Origin: Myxococcota bacterium
GTDB taxonomy: Bacteria > Myxococcota_A > UBA9160 > JAFDDA01
Length of the DNA stretch: 64,000 nt
Direction of reading: 5' to 3'
Assembly: GCA_965228475.1 (NCBI GenBank)
Contig: OZ245817.1
Location: 2,560,001-2,624,000 of the forward strand
Part shown: positions 8,714 through 18,942 of the stretch, in pieces
Layout of the letters: every line of letters starts with the position of its first letter
How positions within the stretch are numbered: position 1 is the first letter of the stretch
Translations under genes and position numbers: made by a program
Notes under the pieces: model-generated
Databases searched by the model: none
What the model saw: the letters and a program-made list of their open reading frames with translations, nothing else
Told to the model about the DNA's origin: nothing

Positions 8714-11125
8714 ATGCTCGCCCACCGCGCCCGCCCGACGGCCCTCGCCCTCGCCACCGCGCTCTCGCTCACGATGGCGCTCGGGTGCACCCCGGCCATC
8801 GACGCCCAGCTCGCCGAGGCGCAGTCCCTCGTCGCGGAAGGGCAGCCGCTCGCCGCCCTGCCCTTGCTCGAACGCGTGCTCGAGCGACGGCCGGCCGACG
8901 GCGCCGCGAACCTGCTGCTCGGCCAGGTCCTGATCCAGGTCGGCCGCATGCGACCCGCGGCGGCACCGCTCGCCAAGGCCATGGAGAGCGAACGCTATGC
9001 CGTTCCCGCTGGCCTGCTGCTCGCCTCGGCGCAGCTTGGCGAAGGCCGGCCGGCCGAGGCCCTCGCGACCGTCGACCAGGTGCTCGCCTCCCATCCGGAC
9101 CAGCCGGCCGCGCTGCGCATCCGTGCGACGGCAAGGCTCCAGGCCGGCGACGCCGAGGCGGCGCTCGCCGACGCCCAACGTCTGATCGAGGTCGCCCCGG
9201 ACGATGCCCAGGGCCCGCTGCTGCTCGGCACGGCCCTCAGCCGGCTCGGCCGCCTCGACGAAGCCGAGCAGATCCTGGGCGAGCGCGAACGCGCCGCCCG
9301 CGAAGCCGGCGGCGCCGGCCATGCCCACCTGTGTTCCGCCTTCGCGACCTTCCTCGCCGCCGGCAGGCAGGACCTCGCGCGCGCCGAAGAAACCTGGCTC
9401 CGCTGCCTCGAGACCAACCCCGCGGACGCCATGGTGCTCCAGGGCGCGACGCGCTTCTTCGACCAGCGGGGGCAGGGCCAGCGCAGCGTCGAAATCCTCC
9501 GCCGCGCCGTCGAAGCCGCCCCGGACGCTCTCGGCATCCGCCTCGGCCTGGCGACGCGGCTCTCCGCGGCGGGCGACGCGGCCGAAGCCGACGCCCTGCT
9601 CGCCGAGTTCGCCGAGAGCTCGCGAGCGCCCCAGGCCTGGCAGGCCCTGGCGCTCTTCCGCGGCGAGCGCGGGGACACCGCCGGCGCGCGGGACGCCGTC
9701 GAACGCGGCCTCGAGGCACCGGGCGAAATGGCGGACGCCCTGCGCTTCCTGCACGCGGGCTTCCTGATCGAGCTCGGCGAAGCCGACGCCGCCGAAACCG
9801 TGATCGCGGCGATCGAAACGCCGGACCTCGCGGACCTGACGACCGCTCGCCTGCAGCTGATCCGCGGCCAGGCCGCCGCGGCCCTCGACACCCTCGAAGG
9901 GATCACGGCGCGGAGCCCGACCGACGTCCGCGCCCACTACCTCGCCGGCATCGCTTCGCAGACCCTCGGCCAGGTGGACCCCGCGCTGCGCTCCTTCGAG
10001 ACGGCGACGGAGCTCGAGCCGGCCACCACGGACGCCGCCATCGCCGCCGCCCGCCTGAACGCAGCCCTCGGGAACCACGCCCAGGCCATCGAGATGGCCC
10101 AGCGGCACCGCGCCTCGCGCCGCACGGCCCATCCCGAGACTTACCGGCTCGAAGCCCGTTCGCGCATCGCCTCGGGTCAGCCCGCCGCCGCCGTCGCGCT
10201 CCTCGAGCGGGAACTCGAGCGCGGCCCCGGAAGCGCGGACCCGACGCTCTGGCTCCTCCTCTGCGACGGCCTCGAGGCCTCGGGCGGTGCCGACGCCGCC
10301 CTCGCCCGCCTGGAACGCGAACGCCGGAACGGCCTCGACCTCACGGACCCGGCCCGGCTGCCGATCCTCGAGCGCTACGGCTGGCTCTCGGTCCGCACCG
10401 GGCAGCCGGACCGCGCCGCCAAGGCCCTCGCCGAGGCCGCCGCGCGCAGCCCCGAGTCCGTCCCGCTGACCGTGCTCGAAGGCGTCTTCGCGGCCGCCAC
10501 CGGCGACCCCGAAAAGGCCGACGCCGCCTTCCGCCGCGCCGCCGAACGCGCTCCGGAGGACCCCCTGGCCCTCGCCCACCTCGGCCGCTGGCTCGCCGGC
10601 CACGGCGAAGCGGAGGCCGGTCTCGCGCTCCTCGAGAAGGCCGAGACGATCGCGCCCGGGCAACACGAGGCGGCCTTCCACTCGGCGCGCATCCTCACCG
10701 CCCTCGGCCGCAGCGACGACGCCGAGGCCCGCCTGCGCGCCGTGGTCACCCGCGACCCCTTCCACGCCGGTGCAGCGAACGACCTCGCCTGGCTCCTCGC
10801 GGAGGAGCGCCGGGACCTCGAGTTCGCCCTCACCCTCGCGCGGCGCGCCGTCCGGCTCCAGCCCGGCGACGCCACCCTCGACACCCTCGGCTGGGTGCTG
10901 CTCCAGTCGGACCAGCTCGATGCCGCGCTCGCCACCTTCGAAGAGGCGATCACGCTCGCGCCGGGCAACCCCTCCTACCGCTACCGCCTGGGCAGCACGC
11001 TCGAGCGGCTCGGCCGGGTCGAGGAGGCGCGCAAGGCCTACGAGCAGGCCCTGAACGAGCCGTCCTCCCCGGTGGCCGAGGACGCCCGGAGCGCCCTCGC
11101 ACGGCTCTCGGAAGGGGCCGGCTGA
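8714..11125 (+). CDS. Large TPR-repeat lipoprotein
   Basis: Lipobox-like TMALGC; Ala/Leu-rich helical repeats; NDLAWLLA..LDTLGWV..YRLG TPR signature at the C-terminus. Confidence 0.8.
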   Translation: MLAHRARPTALALATALSLTMALGCTPAIDAQLAEAQSLVAEGQPLAALPLLERVLERRPADGAANLLLGQVLIQVGRMRPAAAPLAKAMESERYAVPAGLLLASAQLGEGRPAEALATVDQVLASHPDQPAALRIRATARLQAGDAEAALADAQRLIEVAPDDAQGPLLLGTALSRLGRLDEAEQILGERERAAREAGGAGHAHLCSAFATFLAAGRQDLARAEETWLRCLETNPADAMVLQGATRFFDQRGQGQRSVEILRRAVEAAPDALGIRLGLATRLSAAGDAAEADALLAEFAESSRAPQAWQALALFRGERGDTAGARDAVERGLEAPGEMADALRFLHAGFLIELGEADAAETVIAAIETPDLADLTTARLQLIRGQAAAALDTLEGITARSPTDVRAHYLAGIASQTLGQVDPALRSFETATELEPATTDAAIAAARLNAALGNHAQAIEMAQRHRASRRTAHPETYRLEARSRIASGQPAAAVALLERELERGPGSADPTLWLLLCDGLEASGGADAALARLERERRNGLDLTDPARLPILERYGWLSVRTGQPDRAAKALAEAAARSPESVPLTVLEGVFAAATGDPEKADAAFRRAAERAPEDPLALAHLGRWLAGHGEAEAGLALLEKAETIAPGQHEAAFHSARILTALGRSDDAEARLRAVVTRDPFHAGAANDLAWLLAEERRDLEFALTLARRAVRLQPGDATLDTLGWVLLQSDQLDAALATFEEAITLAPGNPSYRYRLGSTLERLGRVEEARKAYEQALNEPSSPVAEDARSALARLSEGAG

Positions 11126-11168
11126 GCGGCCGCCCCGGGCTCGGCTGCCCCTCGCGAGCTGCCTTCCT

Positions 11169-11219
11169 CCTGCGACCGCTTGCCACCCGCGACCGCTTTC
11201 CACCTGCGACCCGTTTCGT
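11169..11219 (+). repeat. Three imperfect 17-bp direct repeats upstream of a TAGAAT -10 box
   Basis: CCTGCGACCGCTTGCCA / CCCGCGACCGCTTTCCA / CCTGCGACCCGTTTCGT; TAGAAT at 11222-11227. Confidence 0.7.
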
Positions 11220-11266
11220 CGTAGAATCGGCCTGCGGGCGCCCGCCGCGTCCGCAGGAGGCTTCCG

Positions 11267-14152
11267 ATGCGTCACGCTTCAGTCCGTTTTCACGTCGCCC
11301 TGCTCTGCGCCGTCCTCGCCGGCTCGCTCCAGACGGGCGCCGGCTGCAACGAGAACCCGCGCCCGGCGGTCGGGAGCCAGCTCTTCACGAGCCCCCAGAC
11401 CAACCCCATCGCGCTCTCGAGCGACGGCCAGGTCGTCTACGTGGCGAACACCACGGCCGGCAACGTGACCCTGATCGATGCCAACCCGCCCCACGCCCGG
11501 CTCGGCGTGATCCGCGTCGGCATGGACCCGGTCGGCATCGCCGTCAAGCCGAAGGCGCTCCCGACGGACGACGAGATCCTGCTCGTCACGAACCACATCT
11601 CGGACACGATCTCCGTCGTGAACGTGAACCTCGGCCAGGTCGTGCAGACCCTCCAGGAGCTCGACGGCAACGACGTCAGCCAGACCGACGAGCCCGTCGG
11701 CGTGGCCTTCGACGGGCCGACCCGCGCCTTCGTCACTCTCGACCACCCGAACCAGGTGATCGGCATCGAGTTCGACGGCTCGGGCAACGCCACGATCTCC
11801 GAGGACCGCGCCACCCTCACCGCCCAGGCACCGCGGGCCATCGCCGTCTCGAACGGCCGTGTGTACGTGGCGGCCTTCGAGTCCGGGAACCAGAGCGAGT
11901 TCACCTCCTGCGGCGCGGGCGGCGGCCCGCCCTACGACCCGAACGGCAACGGCGGCGAGGGCACGGGCTGCGAGTTCCCGCTCAACTTCACCAACCTGCT
12001 CGCCTTCGCGACGAACCCGAACATCGGCGGCGAGGTCGTCCACAACGGCCTCCTCCCGGACCGGGACCTGTTCGTCTACGACGCGCTCGACTTCTTCGAC
12101 GCCAACGGCTCGAGCCAGGCCGTCACGCCCGACGACGTGGTCGAGGGGCTCGGCACGCTGCTCTACGGCGCGACGGCGGTCGGCGACACGCTCTACCTCA
12201 CGAACACCGACGCGCGGAACAAGCTCGACGGACTCAGCGCCCTCGGCAACCGGATGTTCGAGAACCGGCTCGCGATCGTCTCCTGCCCGGGCGGGAGCTG
12301 TGGCGCGCCGAGCCTCGTCGACCTCGAATCCGGCGGGGCGAACCCCTTCGGCGTGCCCGTCCCGACGCCCTACGGCATCCGCGCGGCCGACGACGGACTC
12401 GTGCTCGTCGCGAGCGTCGCCGGCTCCGACGGCGAGCCGGCGGACCTCGGCGACCCGAGCACCGTCAACGTGGACATTCCCGGCCTCGTGACGCTCGACG
12501 CGGCCGGGAACGTCCTCGGCCACGTCCAGACCGGAGCGATTCCCCAGGGCGTCGCCCTGCGCTCGGACGGCGGCGGCGCCGCCGAGACCGCCTACGTCCT
12601 GAACACGGTCGATTCGACGCTCTCCGTGGTGGACGTCTCGAACCCGGCCGCGCCCACGGTCACCGCCACGGTCTCCGCCGGCTTCGACCCGACGCCCGCC
12701 GTCGTCCGCGAGGGCCGCATCGCCTTCAGCTCGGCGCGGGCCTCGACCGGCGGCACGTTCTCCTGCGAGTCCTGCCACCCGAGCGGCAACATCGATCAGA
12801 TCGCCTGGACCATCAATTCGGACCTCGGGCCCCAGGATTCCTGCGGCGGCTCCATCGCCTGCCCCGAGCCGCGGTCGACCATGCCGATCCGCGGCCTGCG
12901 CGACACCCTCCCGCTGCACTGGGTCGGAAACCTCGCCGACCCGTTCCCGGGCGTCGGCGTCGGCGGCCCGGAAGATCCGGTCGCACCGGACTGCGACCTC
13001 CTCGTCGACGGCGAGACCGGCTGCATCCGCCACCTCGTGAACGCGAGCCTCTCGGGCGTCATGTGCGACCAGAGCGGCGGCTGCGCGAACGGCCCCTCGG
13101 GCCTCGCCGGCGCGCTCACCGACACCGAACGCGACGCCATGGCCGAGTTCCTGGCAGCGGTCGCCTTCCCGCCCGGCCCGGCGCGGCGGGTCGACGACGT
13201 CCTCTCCGCCTCCGCGGACGCCGGCGTCGACGACTTCTTCCTCGACAACGGCGGCCTCGGCGGGATGGTCGGCGCCTTCGCGGCAACGTGTTCGAGCGAC
13301 GAAGGCGGGTGCCACGCCCTGCCCCTCACGGTCTCGACGAACTCGGCGGTGGTCGGCGGCTTTGACGCGCCTTCGATCCGCGGCCTCTGGGACCGCCACA
13401 TCACCTTCTCGAACGGCTTCACGAGCTCCCAGGACCACCTGCTCGAGCAGGGCTTCGACCCGGCCCCGGGCGGCATGAGCGAGCTCGGCTCGCTCTCGGC
13501 GACCTTCCCCAGCCTGTTCACGATCGCCTACGGCGTGCCCGTCACGAACATCTGGGCGCTGATCAACGAGATGAGCGTCGGACTCCCGGGCGCCACGGGC
13601 CGCCAGCTCGACCTGACGCCCACCAACTCGGGCGACGCCACGGTCGGGAGCCGGCTCGCCCAGATCGAAGCCGTCGCCGGTGAGGGCCGCGTCACGGCCA
13701 CCGCTGAGGGCCTCGGCGTCAGCTACCACTACGAGCCGACGGCGAGCGCCTGGCGCCCGACCCAGGGCCCCGACGTCAGCGGCACGGACCTGCGGAACCT
13801 CGCGGTGACCAACGGCCGGACGATCCTGGTGACGGCGCGCCTGCCCGAGGGCATGTCGATCGGCGGCGCGGACCGGCAGCCCCTGCTCTCGGCGGACGAC
13901 CGGCCGAACGTCACGGGCGGGAGCCCGTCGATGGTCGTGATCGAACAGTACGTCGACCCGGCGGCCACGATCCTGGTCGACGGCGTCCTCTGCGGCGGCT
14001 GCTCCCTGGCCCTCGGCGGCGGGAACGCGACCATCACGTTCTCGCCCCTGCCGAGCAACGGGCTCCACGTGGTGCAGGTCCACAACCCGAACAGCTACGC
14101 GAGCAACGAGTTCCCGTTCTGCGTCAACGGAGGCTGCAACACCGGCTTCTAG
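11267..14152 (+). CDS. Secreted/lipoprotein YVTN-type beta-propeller fused to a c-type cytochrome (CCP-like) domain
   Basis: AGGAGG RBS; signal ending GAGC; blades VYVANT, LLVTNH, VYVAAF, LYLTNT, AYVLNT; heme motif CESCH; RSTMPIRGL..T.PLHW; CSSDEGGCH; APSIRGLW. Confidence 0.75.
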   Translation: MRHASVRFHVALLCAVLAGSLQTGAGCNENPRPAVGSQLFTSPQTNPIALSSDGQVVYVANTTAGNVTLIDANPPHARLGVIRVGMDPVGIAVKPKALPTDDEILLVTNHISDTISVVNVNLGQVVQTLQELDGNDVSQTDEPVGVAFDGPTRAFVTLDHPNQVIGIEFDGSGNATISEDRATLTAQAPRAIAVSNGRVYVAAFESGNQSEFTSCGAGGGPPYDPNGNGGEGTGCEFPLNFTNLLAFATNPNIGGEVVHNGLLPDRDLFVYDALDFFDANGSSQAVTPDDVVEGLGTLLYGATAVGDTLYLTNTDARNKLDGLSALGNRMFENRLAIVSCPGGSCGAPSLVDLESGGANPFGVPVPTPYGIRAADDGLVLVASVAGSDGEPADLGDPSTVNVDIPGLVTLDAAGNVLGHVQTGAIPQGVALRSDGGGAAETAYVLNTVDSTLSVVDVSNPAAPTVTATVSAGFDPTPAVVREGRIAFSSARASTGGTFSCESCHPSGNIDQIAWTINSDLGPQDSCGGSIACPEPRSTMPIRGLRDTLPLHWVGNLADPFPGVGVGGPEDPVAPDCDLLVDGETGCIRHLVNASLSGVMCDQSGGCANGPSGLAGALTDTERDAMAEFLAAVAFPPGPARRVDDVLSASADAGVDDFFLDNGGLGGMVGAFAATCSSDEGGCHALPLTVSTNSAVVGGFDAPSIRGLWDRHITFSNGFTSSQDHLLEQGFDPAPGGMSELGSLSATFPSLFTIAYGVPVTNIWALINEMSVGLPGATGRQLDLTPTNSGDATVGSRLAQIEAVAGEGRVTATAEGLGVSYHYEPTASAWRPTQGPDVSGTDLRNLAVTNGRTILVTARLPEGMSIGGADRQPLLSADDRPNVTGGSPSMVVIEQYVDPAATILVDGVLCGGCSLALGGGNATITFSPLPSNGLHVVQVHNPNSYASNEFPFCVNGGCNTGF

Positions 14153-14173
14153 CGAGGCGGAGGGCGGGCGCGC

Positions 14174-15121
14174 CTAGTGCTCGTGCTTCCAGCCCTGGGC
14201 GAGCTCCATCATCCCGCGGAAGAGTTCGCCGGTGTCGAACTCGGCGTCCCAGGGCTCGCCTGCGAACTCCCGATAGGCGCGGGCGACGTTGAAGTAGAGC
14301 CGCTCGGGTTCGGTCCAGTCCGCGTAGGGTCCGAGGTCGATCTTCTTGGCCGCCTCGAGTGCGGTCAGGCCCGCCTCCCGGAAGCGCTCGCTCTCGTTCC
14401 GCACGTACTCGAGGTAGGCCTTCATCTCCTTCGGCCCCTCGTCTCCGCACAGGGGCCCGTGTCCGGGCACGATGGTCTCGGCACCGAGCTCGACGATCGT
14501 GTCGAGCGCCCGGCCCCACTGGGCGAAGGTCCCCTCCCAGCCGATCGGCGTGCACAGGCGGAAGAGCACGTCCCCCGCGAAGACCACGCCTTCCTCGGGC
14601 AGGTGGACGATCACGTCTCCGGCCGTATGGGCGGGCCCGACGTAGAGGATCCGGGCCGCGACCCCGTCGAGATCGAGGTCGAGCCGGTCCTCGACGACCG
14701 TGGTCGGGGGCGTGAGCGCGATGCCCGTGAAGTCCCAGTCCGCGAGCCGCCGCGCCAGGGAGGCCGCGCCGGGCGGTGCGTCGGGCCGCGCGGCGAGGCC
14801 CTTCAGGGCCTGGAGCCCCTCGGGCGAGCCGTCCGCCTCGAAGCGGTCGCGGCACTCGCGGTGGCCGATGATCTCGGCACCCTCGAAGAGCTGGTTCCCC
14901 CAGCAGTGGTCGCCGTTGTGGTGGGTGTTCACGACCCTGCGCGCCGGGCCCGGCCAGACTCCGGCGTAGGTCTCGATCAGGCGACGGGTGTGCGGGAGGT
15001 CCCAGAACGTGTCGACGACGAGCCCTCCCCCGCGGTTCACGAGGCCGGAGTTGCTATAACCCAGGCCGCGATCCTCTTGGAGGCACGCGTAGACGTCTCG
15101 CGCGAGAGGTCGAAGCTCCAT
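14174..15121 (-). CDS. Metallo-beta-lactamase-fold hydrolase (cyclase-like)
   Basis: SNSGLV, VVDT, NTHHNGDHCWGN, AHTAGD, FAGD, VPGHG. Confidence 0.88.
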   Translation of the reverse strand: MELRPLARDVYACLQEDRGLGYSNSGLVNRGGGLVVDTFWDLPHTRRLIETYAGVWPGPARRVVNTHHNGDHCWGNQLFEGAEIIGHRECRDRFEADGSPEGLQALKGLAARPDAPPGAASLARRLADWDFTGIALTPPTTVVEDRLDLDLDGVAARILYVGPAHTAGDVIVHLPEEGVVFAGDVLFRLCTPIGWEGTFAQWGRALDTIVELGAETIVPGHGPLCGDEGPKEMKAYLEYVRNESERFREAGLTALEAAKKIDLGPYADWTEPERLYFNVARAYREFAGEPWDAEFDTGELFRGMMELAQGWKHEH

Positions 15122-15191
15122 GGGGACATCCTAGACCGACCGCGCCGCCCACGGACCGCCAAATGCGCACGGAGTGCGCACAGGAAACGGA

Positions 15192-16334
15192 ATGAAGCCC
15201 GCCGACCGACCGCTGAACCCGAACTTCTCCTCCGGCCCCTGCGCCAAGCGCCCGGGCTGGTCCCTCGACGCCCTCTCGGACGCGTGCCTCGGCCGCTCCC
15301 ACCGCGGCAAGCCCGGCAAGGCCAAGCTCGCCGAGGCCATCGAACGCCAGCGCGAGATCCTCGGCATCCCCGCGGACTGGCGCGTCGGCATCGTCCCCGG
15401 CTCGGACACCGGCGCCTTCGAGATGGCGATGTGGTCGCTGCTCGGGCCGCGCGGGGTCGACGTGCTCGCCTGGGAGAGCTTCGGCAAAGGCTGGGCGACG
15501 GATGCCACGAAGCAGCTCCCGCTCGACTCCCCGCGCGTCCTCGAAGCGGACTACGGCCAGCTGCCGGACCTCGGCAGCGTCGATTTCTCGCGCGACGTGC
15601 TCTTCACCTGGAACGGCACGACCTCGGGCGTCTGCGTCCCGGACGGCGACTGGATCCCGGCGGACCGCACGGGCCTCACGCTCTGCGATGCGACCTCGGC
15701 GGTGTTCGCCATGGACCTGCCCTGGGAGAAGCTCGATGCGGTGACGTGGTCCTGGCAGAAGGTGCTCGGGGGCGAGGCCGCCCACGGCATGCTCGTGCTC
15801 TCGCCGCGCGCCGTCGAGCGGCTCGAGACCTACACGCCGCCATGGCCGATGCCGAAGATCTTCCGCCTGACCAAGGGCGGAAAGCTGATCGACGGCATCT
15901 TCACCGGCGCGACGATCAACACGCCGTCGCTCCTGTGCGTGGAAGACGCCCTCGACGCCCTGCGCTGGGTCGAGTCCATCGGCGGCCGCGCGGCCGCCGA
16001 GAAGCGCTCGCGCGAGAACCTCGCGGTGCTCGAACGCTGGGTCGCGCAAACGCCCTGGGTCGATTTCCTCGCCGGCGACCCGGCCACGCGCTCGCGCACG
16101 TCGGTCTGCTTCACGATCGCGGACCCGGAGTGCAAGGACCCGGCGGAAGCCGCGAAGGCCGTGAAGACCCTGCTCGAGCAGGAAGGCGTCGCCTTCGACA
16201 TCGGCGCCTACCGCGACGCCCCGCCCGGCCTGCGCATCTGGTGCGGCGCGACGGTCGAGGCCCGAGACCTCGAGGCCCTCACGCCGTGGCTCGACTGGGC
16301 CTACGCAGAAGCCAAGACCCAGCTTCAGGGCTAG
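15192..16334 (+). CDS. serC: Phosphoserine aminotransferase (Methanosarcina/alphaproteobacterial type)
   Basis: [71 protein letters not shown]. Confidence 0.93.
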   Translation: MKPADRPLNPNFSSGPCAKRPGWSLDALSDACLGRSHRGKPGKAKLAEAIERQREILGIPADWRVGIVPGSDTGAFEMAMWSLLGPRGVDVLAWESFGKGWATDATKQLPLDSPRVLEADYGQLPDLGSVDFSRDVLFTWNGTTSGVCVPDGDWIPADRTGLTLCDATSAVFAMDLPWEKLDAVTWSWQKVLGGEAAHGMLVLSPRAVERLETYTPPWPMPKIFRLTKGGKLIDGIFTGATINTPSLLCVEDALDALRWVESIGGRAAAEKRSRENLAVLERWVAQTPWVDFLAGDPATRSRTSVCFTIADPECKDPAEAAKAVKTLLEQEGVAFDIGAYRDAPPGLRIWCGATVEARDLEALTPWLDWAYAEAKTQLQG

Positions 16335-16337
16335 CCG

Positions 16338-18263
16338 CTAAGCCGTTGGTTCGGTGTCGTTTTCCGGATCGGCGCCGGAGGCGGCGACGGGCTCCTCGCC
16401 GGGGGCCCAGCCGATCCGCGCGAGCGCCGTCAGCGCGTCGTTCGCCTCGGGCTTGTGGAGCGCCACCAGGGCGCCGTCGCCCATGCGCGGCGCGACGCCG
16501 GCGTGCATGACCTGCCAGGCGTTGCCGCGGCGCAGCGCGAGGATCACGTAGGGGTCGACCTCGCGCGGGCTGCGCAGACCTTCGGCATCGGCCGCCGAGG
16601 GGGGCTCCGTGCCTTCGGGCAGGCCGACCCAGTGGAAGTCCCGGATCTCGGCGCTCGCGTGGCGGAAGCGCACGTTCCAGCGCTCGACGTCCTTCGGCCC
16701 GTCGAAGAGCATGTGCGTCCCCTGCTTCTCGAGCAGCGAGGGCGTCATGCCCGCGGTCACCCGGTTGATGGCCGCGAAGGTGTTCGGCACGCCGAAGTCC
16801 TCGCGGGCCTCCCGGGCGAACAGGCTGTTCACCTCGTCGTTGGCCGTGAGGCCGACCACCGCCTTGGCCTGACCGAGCCTCGCCCGCGCGAGCACGGTGG
16901 CCTGGAGTGCGTTGCCGAACACGACGGGGAAGTTCTCGTCCTGGGCTGCACGGCAGTGGCCGGGGTTCGAGTCCACGAAGCCGACCGGGACCGTCTCGTC
17001 CCGGAGCGCCTTGCCGAAGGCGATCCCGAAATCCTCGGCGCCGAGGATCACGACACCGTCCCGCGGCGGCGCCCGCACCGCGAGGATGCGCGCCACCAGC
17101 GGCGCCGTCGTGCCCTGGGCGAGTACCGTCACCGCGATCGTCAGGAAGACCAGGGCCCGGAGCTGGGCTCCGCCCTCCGCCCCGTTGGCCTCGAGCGCCG
17201 CCGCGAAGATCGAGGCGATCGCCGCGGCCACGATGCCTCGGGGCGCCATCCACGAGAGGAACGCCCGCTCCCGCAAGGTCAGCTCGGTCCCGAGCGTCGA
17301 GACCGCCACGCACAGCGGGCGCACGAGGAAGACGAGCGCACCGACGGTCCACAGGCCCGGCCAGCCGAGGGCCATGACGTCGGCCACGCGCACGTCGGCG
17401 GCGAGCAGGACGAACAGCAGCGCGATCAACGCGAGGGTCAGGTGGTCGTTGAACTCGCGCAGCTCCCGCGCGACGCCGGCGCCCGAGTTGCCGACCACCA
17501 CGCCGGCCAGGGTCACGGCGAGGATGCCGCTCTCGGGCACCTGGGCGTCGCAGAGCGCCGAGAGCGCGAGGACCAGGCCGAGCGTCACGACGTTCTCGAG
17601 CCCTTCGGGCACGAGGCGCGGTACGCGCAGGAGGAGCGCCAGGAAGCCGCCGCCGAGCAGCCCCGCCGCCGCGCCGAAGGCCAGGCGCTCGGCCAGGTGC
17701 GTCAGGCCGACCGAGAGGATCCCGCTCGCGCCGGCCTCGAGCACGACCGTCAGGGCGACCGCGGCGACGATCGCGCCGATCGGGTCGATCAGGACGCCTT
17801 CGGCCTCGAGCACCGTGGCAACGCGCGGCGAGAGCCGGACGTTCTGGAGGATCGGGCGCACCACCGTGGGGCCGGTCACGATGACGAGGGTCCCGAACAG
17901 GATCGACTGCCCCCAGGACCAGCCCATCCAGGTGTGTGCCGCGAGCGTGCCGCCCGCCGCCGTCACGACCGCCCCCGTCGTCACGAGCATGCGGATCGAG
18001 CGGGCCTCGCGCCGCAGGCGGCGGATCTCGAGGTTCATGGCGCCCTCGAAGAGGATCACCGCGACGGCCAGGGTCACGAGGCCGACGAGCCCCTCGCCGA
18101 GCAGCTCGGGCTTGATCCAGCCGAGGCCGTCGGGGCCGAGGGCCACGCCGGTCGCCAGGAGCGGGACGATGCTCGGAAGCCGGAGATGCCGCGCCAGCGC
18201 CTGGGCGATGACGCCGGCACCGAGCGCCAGGGCGATGACGAAGGTCGGGCCGAGCTCGTGCAC
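16338..18263 (-). CDS. Cation:proton antiporter (NhaP/CPA1-like) with C-terminal TrkA-N/RCK domain
   Basis: AVAVILFEG, VTGPTVV, LEAEGVLIDPIG, APRGIVAAA; C-terminal Rossmann-like VVILGA..VVFGNAL. Confidence 0.88.
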   Translation of the reverse strand: MHELGPTFVIALALGAGVIAQALARHLRLPSIVPLLATGVALGPDGLGWIKPELLGEGLVGLVTLAVAVILFEGAMNLEIRRLRREARSIRMLVTTGAVVTAAGGTLAAHTWMGWSWGQSILFGTLVIVTGPTVVRPILQNVRLSPRVATVLEAEGVLIDPIGAIVAAVALTVVLEAGASGILSVGLTHLAERLAFGAAAGLLGGGFLALLLRVPRLVPEGLENVVTLGLVLALSALCDAQVPESGILAVTLAGVVVGNSGAGVARELREFNDHLTLALIALLFVLLAADVRVADVMALGWPGLWTVGALVFLVRPLCVAVSTLGTELTLRERAFLSWMAPRGIVAAAIASIFAAALEANGAEGGAQLRALVFLTIAVTVLAQGTTAPLVARILAVRAPPRDGVVILGAEDFGIAFGKALRDETVPVGFVDSNPGHCRAAQDENFPVVFGNALQATVLARARLGQAKAVVGLTANDEVNSLFAREAREDFGVPNTFAAINRVTAGMTPSLLEKQGTHMLFDGPKDVERWNVRFRHASAEIRDFHWVGLPEGTEPPSAADAEGLRSPREVDPYVILALRRGNAWQVMHAGVAPRMGDGALVALHKPEANDALTALARIGWAPGEEPVAASGADPENDTEPTA

Positions 18264-18346
18264 CGGGAGACGCTAAGCAACCCTCCGCGGCTTGACCAGC
18301 GCGGAAGACGATTCCCGCGACCCCGCCGGGCGGGTTTCGGCCCGCC

Positions 18347-18934
18347 CTAGCTCGAGAGCTTCTCCTCGAGGAAGTCGAGGCGGTCGTTGCCGAAGAACAT
18401 CTCGCCCTCGACGTAGAAGGTCGGCGCCCCGAAGGCGCCCCGCTCGACCGCTTCCTCGGCGTTGGCCTTGAGCTGGTTCTTCACGTCCTCCTCGCCGATC
18501 CGCGCGAGGATCCCGTCCGCATCGAGACCGGCCGAGCGCAGGACGTTTCCGAGCACCTCGGCGTCGCCGACGTTCTGCTCTTCCTGCCACATGGCGCGGA
18601 ACATCGCCGCGTGGAAGTCCGGGAAGACGCCCTGCTCGAGGGCCACCAGGGCCGCTCGCATGGGCTTCACGGTCATCACCGGGAAGTGCGGGTTGAACTT
18701 GATCTCGACGCCGTAGCGCTGACACCAGCGGGCGATGTCCACGAACATGTACTTGCCCTTGGCGGGCACCGTGGCCGGCGGGCTGTTCCCCGAGGCCTGC
18801 ATCACGCCCCCGAGGAAGAACGGGCGGTAGACGAGCTCCGCCCCGGTGCGTGCGACGAGCGCCGGCACCTGGCTGTCGGCCAGGTACGAGAAGGGACTCA
18901 CGTAGTCGAAGAAGTACTCGAGTTTCTTGCCCAT
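18347..18934 (-). CDS. 2-hydroxychromene-2-carboxylate isomerase / kappa-GST (DsbA-like)
   Basis: FFDYVSPFSY, RPFFLGG, AKGKYM..D..RW, GAFGAPTF, FFGNDRL. Confidence 0.9.
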   Translation of the reverse strand: MGKKLEYFFDYVSPFSYLADSQVPALVARTGAELVYRPFFLGGVMQASGNSPPATVPAKGKYMFVDIARWCQRYGVEIKFNPHFPVMTVKPMRAALVALEQGVFPDFHAAMFRAMWQEEQNVGDAEVLGNVLRSAGLDADGILARIGEEDVKNQLKANAEEAVERGAFGAPTFYVEGEMFFGNDRLDFLEEKLSS

Positions 18935-18942
18935 GGTGCTCC

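Noticed and set aside
8426..13365. Long ORFs 7901..11275 (-, upstream part) and 8785..13365 (+)
   Set aside because: Antisense or off-frame shadows of the TPR and cytochrome genes; only the last 174 residues of the minus ORF (YfiR) are recognisable
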